Shown piece by piece: positions 25,824 to 36,998 of a DNA stretch of 64,000 nt. The first letter of the stretch is position 1, and every line of letters begins with the position of its first letter. Source of the DNA: Malacoraja senta (taxonomy: Eukaryota); assembly GCA_038087875.1 (NCBI GenBank), contig CM075996.1:2854001-2918000 (forward strand), given 5' to 3'. The position numbers and the translations under genes are program-made. The notes under the pieces are model-generated. The model was not told the origin of the DNA and ran no database searches. It worked only from the letters and a program-made list of their open reading frames with translations.

Positions 25824-27058
25824 ATTCCTTCTCTCCAGAGAAGCTGCCTGTCCCACTGAGTTACTCCAGCATTTTGTGTCTATCCATTAAAGAGACATGG
25901 TTATAACAAGAACAGGCAAATACATTGCCATAAGCTGCTTAATTAAATTTGCCATTGAGTTGTTTTTAATTGTTATCATTATTTTACTTAATGGTGAACT
26001 CCCACCAACATCTACAATATCGTTTATTAAGTATAAAGTCATTCAATGGAATGGCAATTAAAATGCCATGAATCCAGATTTAGATTAAGGTAATAATGTT
26101 CACCCAGTGTGTAACATGTACAGCCAACTTCTAAAACATTTTTTAACTTTTTAATTTTCTGCCGAAGAAGGGTCCCGACTTGAAACGCCACCTAGCTGTG
26201 ATCTCCAGAGATGCTGCCTGACCCGCCGAGCTACTCCGACAATCCGTGTCGTTTTTGTTTGTAAACCAGCATCTGCAGTTCCTTGTTTCTGCGGGTGAGT
26301 CGCACGTGCTTGAATCAGAGTGTTGTGGGTTCATGCCTCAGTCTAGAGTCCTGGCTGATTCTCTGGTCTTACCGCACTAGAGACCCGGGTTCAAATTCTG
26401 ACTATGGGTACTGTCTGTACGAGATTTGCACGTTCTCCCTGTGACCGCGTGGGATTTCTCCGGGTGCTCCGGCTTCCTCCCGCATTCCAAAGACGTGCAG
26501 GTCTGAAGGTTAAATGTGTCGGAACGAACTGCAGATGCTGGTTTAAACCAAAGACAACCACAAAATGTTGGAGTGGCTCAGCAGGACAGGCAGCATCTGT
26601 GGATAGAAGGGAAAAGGCAGTCTGAAGAAGGGACTTGTCCCTGTTCCTTTTCTCCAGAGATGCTGCCTGACCCGCTGAGTTACTCCAGCTTTTTATGTCT
26701 GTCTTCGGGTTTGTAGGTTAATTGGCTTCTGTAAATTGTCACTCGTGTGTAGGATAGAACTAGTGTATAGGTGATCGCTGGTCGGCATGGATTCAGTGGG
26801 CCCAAAGGGCCTGTTTCCACGCTGTATCTCTAAACTAAACAAGTGTAGTCGTGAAGGAGTGTTGCTCTGATGGAGTTGCCATTGTTTGGTTGGGATGTCA
26901 AAATGAATCTCTTGCTCATGATATATTGGCACAAGATGGGGTAGAGGATTTACGAGTCATAGTCATAGAGTGATACAGATTAGAAATAGGTGCTTGAGGG
27001 GTACTGACCTGAGGGGTAACTTTATTATACAAAGGGTGGTGAGTATGGAACTAGCCAC

Positions 27059-27228
27059 TCTAAACTCCAGCACGGTGTCACTGTGTCGTTCTAAACTCTA
27101 GACTGTGTCACTGTGTTGTTCTAAACTCTAGACTGTGTCACTGTGTCGTTCTAAACTCTAGACTGTCACTATGTCGTTCTAAACTCTAGACTGTGTCACT
27201 GTGTCGTTCGAAACTCTACCACTGTGCC
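27059..27228 (+). repeat. 30-bp minisatellite, ~5.5 copies
   Basis: Unit ctaaactctagactgtgtcactgtgtcgtt. Confidence 0.92.
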
Positions 27229-27944
27229 CCCTGATCTATTGAATATTTCCACGATTCTCTGTCACTGTTACATTGGTGGATAATCTCATCTGGGTCCAGT
27301 GCTTAGTTAAAAACCAGATTCCCTCCAGCTGTCCACCACAGCCCTTTCTTTCATACCATGGGCTCCTTCTAATTTCCCGGTTGTGGATGTTACTGGGCCC
27401 AGCATTGACTGTGGCGTCGAGTGCGTGGGAAGATTGTTCCTCATTTAGCTTTTAAGACGCGCGTGGTTTCTCCTCACTGGACAGGATGAGAATGAGATTT
27501 TGTAAAAGCTTGTGAGGGTGTTCTCGCTGTTGACTTCATCTCCTGCTGTTCTCCCCCCCCCTCCCCCATTTCCCCCCGAACCTTAATACTACTTTTGATT
27601 TACCATGCTGCAAAGAAAATCCAGAGACCCGGCTGAGAGAAGATGCAGTTGCTAAAATCTGGTTGGATCTGTGGAATGGGAGAGAGAAGGAGAGGTAGGG
27701 AAGAAAAGGTTTATTTAGGTGTTGGTTAAGATTGTATCCAGTGCTAACCAATCAAACCAGTCAACTATCCCAAGACCAGTTCAGTCTGAAGAAGGGTTTC
27801 GGCCCGAAACGTTGCCTATTTCCTTCGCTCCATAGATGCTGCTGCACCCGCTGAGTTTCTCCAGCATTTTTGTGTACATCCCAAGACCAATGATGGCCTG
27901 CTCTATGTCCCTTGATTTCCTTGATTATCATTGCTTTTTGCATA

Positions 27945-28380
27945 TAGAAACATAGAAAATAGGTGCAGGAGTAGGCCATTCAGCCCTTCGAGCCTGCACC
28001 GCCATTCAATATGATCATGGCTGATCATCCAACTCAGTATCCTGTACCTGCTTTCTCTCCATACCCCCTGATCCCTTTAGCCACAAGGGCCACATCTAAC
28101 TCCCTCCTAAATATAGCCAATGAACTGGCCTCAACTACTTTCTGTGGCAGAGAATTCCACAGATTCACCACTCTCTGTGCGAAAATTGTTTTTCTCATCT
28201 CGGTCCTAAAAGACTTCCCCCTTATCCTTAAACTGTGACCCCTTGTTCTGGACTTCCCCAACATCGGGAACAATCTTCTTGCATCTAGCCTGTACAACCC
28301 CTTAAGAAAGTTGTAAGTTTCTATAAGATCCTCCCTCAATCTTCTAAATTCCAGCCGAGTCTATCCAGTCTTTCTTCATA
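27945..28380 (-). mobile_element. CR1 LINE 3' end
   Basis: DLIETY...RTRGHSLRIRGKSFRTEMRK...QRVVNLWNSLP; close to the 6620-7385 copy. Confidence 0.88.
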
Positions 28381-29330
28381 GACTTCTTCTATTCATTTCT
28401 CCCAAGTACCATCTATATCTCTCGTACCCCTTTCCCCTGACTCTCAGTCTGAAGAAGGGTCTCGACTCGAAACATCACCTATTCCTTTTCTCCATAGATG
28501 CTGCCTGACCCGCTGAGTTACTCCAGCTTTTTGTTTAGTTTATAGTTCAGTTTACTTTAGTTTAGAGATACAGCACAGAAACAGGTCCTTGGACCCACCG
28601 AGTCCACACCGACCAACAATCCCCATACACTAACACCACCCTACACTGGGGACAGTTTTATGTTTACTCCAAGCAGTTCCAAAGATTGTTAAGGGCTTGG
28701 ACACGCTAGAGGCAGGAAACATGTTCCCGATGTTGGGGGAGTCCAGAACCAGGGGCCACAGTTTAAGAATAAGAGGTCAGCCATTTAGAACGGAGACGAG
28801 GAAACACTTTTTCTCACAGAGAGTGGTGAGTCTGTGGAATTCTCTGCCTCAGAGGGCGGTGGAGGCAGGTTCTCTGGATGCTTTGAAGGGAGAGCTAGAT
28901 AGGGCTCTTAAAAATTACGGAGTCGGGATATGGGGAGAAAGCAGGAACGGGGTACTGATTGGGGATGACCTACTCCTGCACCTATTGTCTATTGTCTATT
29001 GTCTATTCACGGGGAGATGATACCAACTCCGTATGGACAGCACCCATAGTCAGGATCGAACCTGGGTCTCTGGTGCTGTAAGACAGCAACTCTATCGCTG
29101 AGCCACCGTGCCGCCCTATTTTGTGTCTGTTTTCGGTTTACACCAGCATCTGCAGTTCCTCCCAACACAAACCAATTAATACTGTACATGAATACATTCA
29201 AGCCAAACTCAAGTATAATAGGTAGAGCAGAGAGAAAAGATACAGGGTGCAGAATACAGTTCTCAGCATTGTTGTGTAACAGCTCCAGTGAAAAAGTCGA
29301 ATGAAAAGTATAGCGCATGAACAGGTACAA

Positions 29331-29627
29331 GGGCAGCACGGTGGCGCAGCAGTAGAGTAGCTGCCTCGCAGCGCCAGAGACCCGAGTTCGATCCTGACTA
29401 CGGGTGCTATCTGTACGGTGTTTGTACTTTCTCCCCGTGACCGCGTGGATTTTCTCTGGGTGCTCCGGTTTCATCCCACATTCCAAAGACGGGGATTTTG
29501 TAGGTTGATTGGCTTTGGTAAAGATTGTAAATTGTCCTTAGTGTGTGTAGGATAGTGTTAGTGTACGGTGTTCGCTGGTCAGCGCGGACCTGATGGGCCA
29601 AAGGGCCTGATTCCGCGCTGTATCTCT
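29331..29627 (+). mobile_element. HE1/V-type SINE
   Basis: Same head, central domain and tail as 30752-31068. Confidence 0.88.
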
Positions 29628-29763
29628 CAACAAACAGGCAATAAACATACACTAAAGAGGAAAGGATACCACATACAAAATACTTACACAATACATACAT
29701 GCAAACATACTTACATAATATGCTCCAACCACTTACTCTGTGAAACAATTAACGGTCTATTGT

Positions 29764-29946
29764 AGGTAGACAAAGGTGCTGGAGAAACTCAGCGGGTGCA
29801 GCAGCTTCTATGGAGCATAGGAAATAGGCAACGTTTCGGCTCGAAACGTTGCCTATTTCCTTCGCTCCATAGATGCTGCTGCACCCGCTGAGTTTCTCCA
29901 GCACTTTTGTCTACCTTCGATTTTCCAGCATCTGCAGTTCCTTCTT
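29764..29946. mobile_element. Palindromic Penelope-terminal-repeat insertion with long flanking duplication
   Basis: 29764-29916 is a near-perfect inverted repeat centred on cgtttcggctcgaaacg. aaacaattaacggtctattgt is repeated at 29743-29763 and 29947-29967. Confidence 0.8.
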
Positions 29947-30751
29947 AAACAATTAACGGTCTATTGTTCCTGATACAGACAGAAGCCTCGGTTAAAACGG
30001 ATTTTGTCCACTATAACCAAAATCCATTATAAAGAGGTCTGTAACAACGAGGGTAGACTGTATGAACATCATGTGTCCTACATGTATAATGCTTTATGAA
30101 AGACCTTGTCTATCCAAATTCCTAGCCATACCAGACACAGATACATGATCTAAGCGACATTTGAAAAGCAAATTTGGACGGTTTAAATGCTCTGTGATAT
30201 CCTGTTGTTTGATGGATTAGTTTGGAATACTTAACACATTTCCACGCTGTTTTGGAGATTAAAGAAAAATGATTACAAGCGGAAAACATGGCCATCAACA
30301 AAGGTTTTTTGCCTTTATCGTTTGATGTGAGCGCGCTTTACAGCAATCACAAGATCCGTCACTTTAGAAGAGAGCCACAGAGTCTCACAGCACGGCATCA
30401 GGCCCTTCGGCCCATCTCGTCTATGCCAACCAAGATGCCCCATCAATGCCACTTCCATTTGCAGACATTTGACTCATATCCCTCTGAATCTTGCACATGT
30501 CCACATCTACAGTGTTATTGTGCCTGCCTCAAATGCTTTGTCGTTCCATCTACCCAGCACCTTTCGTGTGAAAAGCTTACCCCTCAGATCAGATACTTAT
30601 TAAATCCTTAAACCTATGCCCTCCCGTTCTTGATTCCCCAACTCTGGGGGGAAAAAGATTGTGTGCAGTCAGCCTGTCTGTCCCTGATCAATTTTCTACT
30701 CCTCTATAAAATCGCCCCTCAGCCTCCTAACGTTTCAGAGTAACAACATCC

Positions 30752-31068
30752 GGGCAGCACGGTGGCGCAGCGGTAGAGTTGTTGCTTTACAGTGCCAGAG
30801 ACCCGGGTTCGATCCTGACTACGGGTGGCGTCTGTACGGAGTTTGTACGTTTACCCTGTGACCTGCTTGGGTTTTCTCTGGGTGCTCTGGTTTCCTTCCA
30901 CACGCCAAAGATGTGCAGGTTTGTAGGTTAATTGGCTTCTGTAAATTGTTCCTAGTGTGTTGGATAGAACTAGCTTACCAGTGATCGCTGGTCGGCATGG
31001 ACCCGGTGGGCCGAAGGGCCTGTTTCCACACTTTATCTCTAAGTTAAACTAAATTAAACTAAACTAAA
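30752..31068 (+). mobile_element. Full-length HE1/V-type tRNA-derived SINE (representative of ~30 copies)
   Basis: Pol III A box (tggcgcagcgg), B box (ggttcgatcc), central ggtttcct.ccacac domain, CR1-like tail gggccgaagggcctgtttcc...(ctaaa)n; aacatcc on both flanks. Confidence 0.9.
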
Positions 31069-33600
31069 CATCCCAGTCTGAAGAAGGGTCCCAACCTGAA
31101 ACATCACCCTTTTCCTCCAGAGATGCTGCCTGGCCCGCTGAGTTACTCCTGCAGTTAGTGTCTAAACATCCCTCTCCTGTACAGTATGAACTGGGTTAAA
31201 TTTGCACATAAAATTGGCACCGAGTGTGGGTGTCAGAAGGCCAGGTGCATTAGCCAGCTATATTTGAACAATTTGTGTTGATGAATGAATGGAAATTCTC
31301 TAGTTTATTCAGAACAAACAATATTTGCTTTAGCCATGAAGATATACACAAAAGGCTGGAGTAACTCAGCAGGACAGGCAGCATCTCTGGATAGAAGGAA
31401 TGGGTGACGTTTCGGGTCGAGACCCTTCTATTCCGCTGAGTTACTCCATCATTTTGTGTCTATCTTCGGTGTAAACCAGCATCTGCAGTTCCTTTCTACA
31501 CATTTCATTTGCTTTACTTGTAATCTCAACAGAAAACAGAATATATACTTTATATAGTTATATAGATATCTGTTGAGCCTTAATAGGTTGAAACAGCTTG
31601 GGAGAATCTTCCCCAATTGTCCACTATGATGTTTCATTTACTTTAGCTCAAGTTTAACAAGTCCTTCGGCCCACCGAGTCCATGCCATCGATCACCGTTC
31701 ACGCTAGTTCTATGTTATCCCACTTTCTCATCCACTCCCTACATATTTGGGGCAATTTGCAGAGGGCCAAATGACCTACAAACCCGCGCGTCTTTGGGGT
31801 GCGGGATAAAACGGGAACCTCCCGGAGAGAACCCGCACGGTCACAAAGAGAACGTGCAAACTCCGTACAGACAGCGCCTGAGGTCAAGGACCTGTGTGCC
31901 TTGCGCTGTGAGGCAACAGCTTTACCAGCTGCACCACTGTTTGCCGTAGGACAGTACCACCATCTCCCGTCTTCACCCCACTCCTCCAGCATTCCACCGT
32001 TGGTCCCACTATCACGTCACAAATTGTGCACTTAACTCTACTGCAATAAAGATCGGGAGAGGGTGCCTGAACTCAAGAATCTCCTCTTCTCCCTCGGTGT
32101 ATCATTACAGCAAGTTATAGATCGCTTTCCTCCCACACTCCAAAGACATACAGGCTTGTAGGTGAATTGGCTTGGTACAAGTGCAAATTGTCCCTAGTGT
32201 GTGTAGAATGTGTGGGGATCGCTGGTCGGTGCGGACTCAGTGGGCCGAAGGGCCTGTTTCCGCGCTGTACCTTCTGAACCTTCTGAATTTTGTAGTCGGC
32301 AGGGCAGTACTCTGCATATCGCCAAACTTGGACAATTTAACATTTTTATCAAGCCAATTAAACAAGCCAATTAACCTACAAACCTGTACTTCTTTGGAGT
32401 GTGGGAGGAAACCGAAGATCTCGGAGAAAACCCACGCAGGTCACGGGGAGAACGTGCGAACTCCATACAGACGGCACCCGTAGTCGGGATGGAACCCGGG
32501 TCTCTGGTGCTGCAAGCGCTGTAAGGCAGCAACTCTACCGCTGTGCCACTGTGACTGTATCTTTAAACTAAACTAAACTAAGCAGCAAGCCAACATCACA
32601 CTTTCACTGCCTGTCCCGCTGAGTTACTCCAGCATTATGTGTCTACCTTTGATTTAAACCAGCATCTGCAGTTCTTTCCTACTACATCACACTTTACCAT
32701 CAGGCAACATCTAAGGACTTCTGTGACTCAGCTAATTTTATAAGGATTATTACTCTTCCCACAGAGCCCGTCTCCTAACAGCTTTTGTGTGTATACAAGT
32801 GATCAGTGGCTTTTTTTCCTGCTTCAGAGATCGGGGAGGAATATTCCCTCTAAGATAGAACTTAGGTTCAAATGACAACAAATAGATTGTATCATTGTAT
32901 CATTGTATCACTCAAAGTGCTGCAGTATACTCAGCGGGTGAGGCAGCATCTCTGGAGAAAAAGGATGAGTGACGTTTTGGGTCGGAACCCTTCTTCAGAC
33001 CCTAAATGTCACCCGTCCTTTTTCTCCAGAGATGCTGCCTGACCCGCTGAGTTATTCCAGCACTTTTTGTCTATCTTCAGTATAAACCAGCATCTGGAGT
33101 TCCACTCTGCACAATATTCCCTCGAAGGTTGAATAAACTGTTAAAAGGAGAACTTTATAAAAAATAATTGGTTATGTTGTTGGTTCGGAAATGACACTGT
33201 AGGACTTGTGAAAGGTCACAATACCTGAAGTCAACCTCTGGCCGAAATGCGAAATGCAGTTACTTTATAATGAAGGTCCTTCCATAATCTAGGGTACTGT
33301 CCAATTCATCTCTACCCCAGCTCGGACATTCAAGAGAAAGTTAGATTTAGCTCTTAGAGCTAACGGAATTGAGGGATATGGGGAAAAAGTGGGAATGGGG
33401 TACTGATTTTGGATGATCAGCAATGATCATATTGAATGGCAGTGCTGGCTCGAAGGGCCGAATAGCCTACTCCTGCTCCAATTTTCTTTGTTTCTTTGTT
33501 TCTATGAAGGACCATGGGGAAAGATTGGGATAAAGATTTGGATAAAGAGGTGTCACTAGTCTGGGCACACGGAGGGTGTATGGAACGAGCTGCCAGAGGA

Positions 33601-34570
33601 GGTAGACACAAAAAGCTGGAGTAACTCAGTGGGTCAGGCAGCATCTCTGGAGAGAAGGATTGGGTGACGTTTCGGGTCAAGACCCTTCTTCAGACTGAGT
33701 CAGGGGAAAGGGAAACGAGAGATAGAGATGGTGATGTAGAGAGATATGCAACAAATGATTGAAAGATACCACCCCATCTGCCATCACATACAACATATAA
33801 TCCTCCGACATTTTCGCCACCTCCAACGGGATCCCACTACTGGCCACATCTTCCCATCTCCTCCCCTTTCTGTTTTCCGCAGAGACCGCTCCATCCGTAA
33901 CTCCCTGGTCAATTCGTCCCTTCCCACCCAAACCACCCCCTCCCCGGGTACTTTCCATGCTACACTTGTCCGTATACTTCCCCCCTTGACTCCATCCAAG
34001 GACCCAATCAGTATTTCCAGGTGGGGCAGAGGTTCACCTGCACGTCCTCCAACCTCATCTATTGCATCCGCTGTTCTAGGTGTCAACTGCTCTACATCGG
34101 TGAGACCAAGCGTGGGCTTGGTGGTTGCTTCGCCCAACACCTCCGCTCAGTCCGTACTAACCAACCTGATCTCCCGGTGGCTCAGCACTTCAACTCCCCC
34201 TCCCATTCTGAATCTGTCCTTTCTGTCCTGGGCCTCCTCCATGGCCAGAGTGAGGCCCACCGTAAATTGGAGGAGCAGCACCTCATATTTTGCTTGGGTA
34301 GTTTACACCCCAGCGGTATGAACATCGACTTCTCTAATTTCAGCTAGTCCTTGCTTTCTCCCTCCTTCCCCTCCCCCTTCCCAGCTCTTCCACAAGCCCA
34401 CTGTCTCCGCCTCTTCCTTTCTTCCCCCCCCCGACATCAGTCTGAAGAAGGGTCTCGACCCGAAACGTTGCCTACTCCTTTTCTCCATAGATGCTGCCTC
34501 ACCTGCTGAGTTTCTCCAGCATCTTCCGTCTTCTTTCGATTTTTCCAGCATCTGCAGTTCCTTCTTAAAA
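33601..34570 (+). mobile_element. Penelope-like element with inverted terminal-repeat segment at the 5' end, GIY-YIG remnant and 3' terminal repeat
   Basis: 33601-33765 is reverse-complement terminal-repeat sequence. Then YHPICHHIQHIILRHFRHLQRDP...FRRDRSIRNSLV and FTCTSSNLIYCIRCSRCQLLYIGETKR (frameshifted). Hammerhead-like core at 34442. Confidence 0.85.
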
Positions 34571-34796
34571 ATCCAGAAAAAACCCGTCCATTTTGTGGAG
34601 CGTGCAAACCAATGCCCGATGTGATGGTGTATCCTTATTCAACAACTCACATTCTATCTAAGACAGACACAAAATGCTGGAGTAACTCAGCAGGATAGGC
34701 AGCGTCTCTGGAGAGAAGTGATGGGTGACGTTTCGGATCGAGACCCTTCTTCAGACTGAAGATCTCTGGAACTTCCTGGAAACAAGTCTGAAGAAG

Positions 34797-35093
34797 GGCG
34801 GCACGGTTTGTGCAGCAGGTAGAGTTGCTGCCTCACAGCGCCAGAGACCCGGGTTCGATCCCGACTACGGGTGCTGTTTGTACGGAGTTTTGCACGTTCT
34901 CCCCGTGGGTTTCCTCTGAGATCTTCGGTTTCCTCCCTCGCTCCCAAGACGTACAGGTTTATTGACTAGGTATAAATGTAATATTGCCCCTAGTGTGTGT
35001 AGGGTTGTGTTAATGTGCGGGGATCGCTGATCGGCGAAGACTTGGTGGGTCGAAGGGCTTGTTTCCGCGCAGTATCTCTAAAATTAAACTAAA
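34797..35093 (+). mobile_element. HE1/V-type SINE
   Basis: Same consensus. Confidence 0.85.
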
Positions 35094-35209
35094 AACGAAA
35101 GGGTCCCAACCTGAAACGTCACCTATCCATGTGCAGGACGCTGAGGGGTAGTCATATCGAGGAGGTCACAGGTTTGAACGGTGCTAGTAAACAAGAACTT
35201 AAAAACTCA

Positions 35210-35835
35210 TAAGGTCATAAGCGATAGAAGAAGAATTAGGCCATTTGCCCCATCAAGTCTGATCCACCGTTCAATCATGGCTGATTTATTGCTCACTCTC
35301 AAACCCATTCTCCTACCTTCTCCCCATAATCCCGGACACCCGTACTAAGCAAGAATCTATCCATATCTGCCTTAGAAATATCATTGACTTGGCCTCCACA
35401 GCTGCCTGTGGCAATGAATTCCACAGATTCACCACCCTCTGACTAAAGAAATCCCTCCTCATCTCCTATCTAAATGAATGTCCTTTAATATTGAGACTAT
35501 GACCTCTCCCACTAGAAACATCCCCTCCACAACCACTCTATCCAAGACTTTCATTATTCGGTAAGTTTCAATGAGGTCCTCCCCCATCCTTCTAAACTCC
35601 AGCGAGTACAGGCCCAGTGCCGTCAAACGCTCATCATAGGTTAACCCACTCATTCCTGGGATCATTGTTGTAAACCTCCTCTGGACCCTCTCCAGTGCCA
35701 GCACTTCCTTCCTCAGATATGGGACCCAAATTTGCTTACAGTACTCCAAATGTGGCCTGACCAGCGCTTTTAAGAGCCTCAGCATTACATCCCTGTTTTT
35801 GTATTCTTGCCCTCTTGAAATAAATGCTAGCATTG
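35210..35835 (-). mobile_element. CR1 LINE 3' end
   Basis: LVRPHLEYC...LERVQRRFT..IPGMSGLTYDERLTALGLYSLEFRR. Confidence 0.88.
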
Positions 35836-36774
35836 AGGCCTCAATTACTGCCTCAATGGCATGCAACTATTTGACCTTGCTGCGCTCTACAATAATATTA
35901 TAGCTGATCTTGTGCCTCATTTACTTTGCTGCTTCTTCCCGAGACCATCGGATTCCTTTGCTATCAAACTGAAGCTTGATTATACAAAAGCATCCAGGAT
36001 TCTCTGGAAAGAGGTCCAAAGGTTAATAAGCTTCTGCTTCAAGGAGTTCCGTTGATTAATGTCTGAGATCTTATTCTGAGACCATGCCCCATAGTTCTCC
36101 ACTCTCCAGCCTGTTGTCATCTACCTGCCAACCTCAGCAGTTTCTATTCCCTTTAGTATTTGCTCCAGATAACAGAAAAAAATCATAAAGGGAGTAGATA
36201 GGGGGAATACTGGCCGGCGTGGACTCGGTGGGCCAAAGGGCCTGTTTCCACCGTGTATCTCTAAAGTTTAAAAGTCTAATATCTTTGTCCCAGGCTAGAG
36301 AAATCAAAAGCTGGAGGGCATGGATTTAATGTGAGATTTAATATGGACGTTTTCCTCACTTAGAGGGTGGTGAGTATATGGAACGAGGTGCCAGAGGAGC
36401 TGGTTGAGGCATGTGCAAAAGCAAGAACGAAGAGACATTTGGACAAGTACATGGATTGGAAAGATTTAGAGGGATATGTGCCAAATGCAAGCATTTATGA
36501 CTAGATTAGATGCAACATCATGGATGAGTTGGGCTGAAGGGCCTGTTTCTCCATGCATCTACTGTAACTTGATATAAGATGAACGTATGGCACAGTGGCG
36601 CGGCGGTAGAGTTGCTGCTTTGCAGCGCTAGAGACCCGGGTTCGATCCTGACCTCGGGTGCTGTCTGTAAAGGAGTTTGTATGTTCTCCCCGTGACCTGC
36701 GTGGGTGTATTCAGTGCGCTCTGTGGAATTCTCTGCCTCAGAGGGCGGTGGAGGCAGGTTCAAGAGAGAGCTAG

Positions 36775-36998
36775 GTACACAAAAATGCTGGAGAAACTCA
36801 GCGGGTGCAGCAGCATCTATGGAGCGAAGGAAATAGGTAACGTTTCGGGCCGAAACCCTTCTTCAGACTGATAGGGGGTGGGGAGAAGAAAGGAAAAAGG
36901 AAAAGGAGGAGGAGGAGCCCGAGGGTTGGGGGAGGGGAGGAGACAACCAGATGGCTGATGAAGGGGAGGGGACAGCCAGGGAAGGAATAAACTGTTCC
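36775..36998 (-). mobile_element. Young Penelope terminal-repeat insertion inside CR1 inside SINE
   Basis: Nearly identical to 4661-4870; 15-bp direct repeat tcaagagagagctag at 36760-36774 and 36999-37013. Confidence 0.85.

Noticed and set aside
27059..27228. CRISPR-like array of 30-bp repeats
   Set aside because: No spacers, vertebrate context, no cas genes; it is a plain minisatellite.
27745..27765. FDW-encoding stretch on the minus strand as the missing CSNK1E exon
   Set aside because: Context reads WFDWLA rather than YVFDWNML, with no upstream match.
30752..30830. tRNA genes at SINE heads
   Set aside because: The A/B boxes belong to tRNA-derived SINEs with body and tail; no complete cloverleaf.
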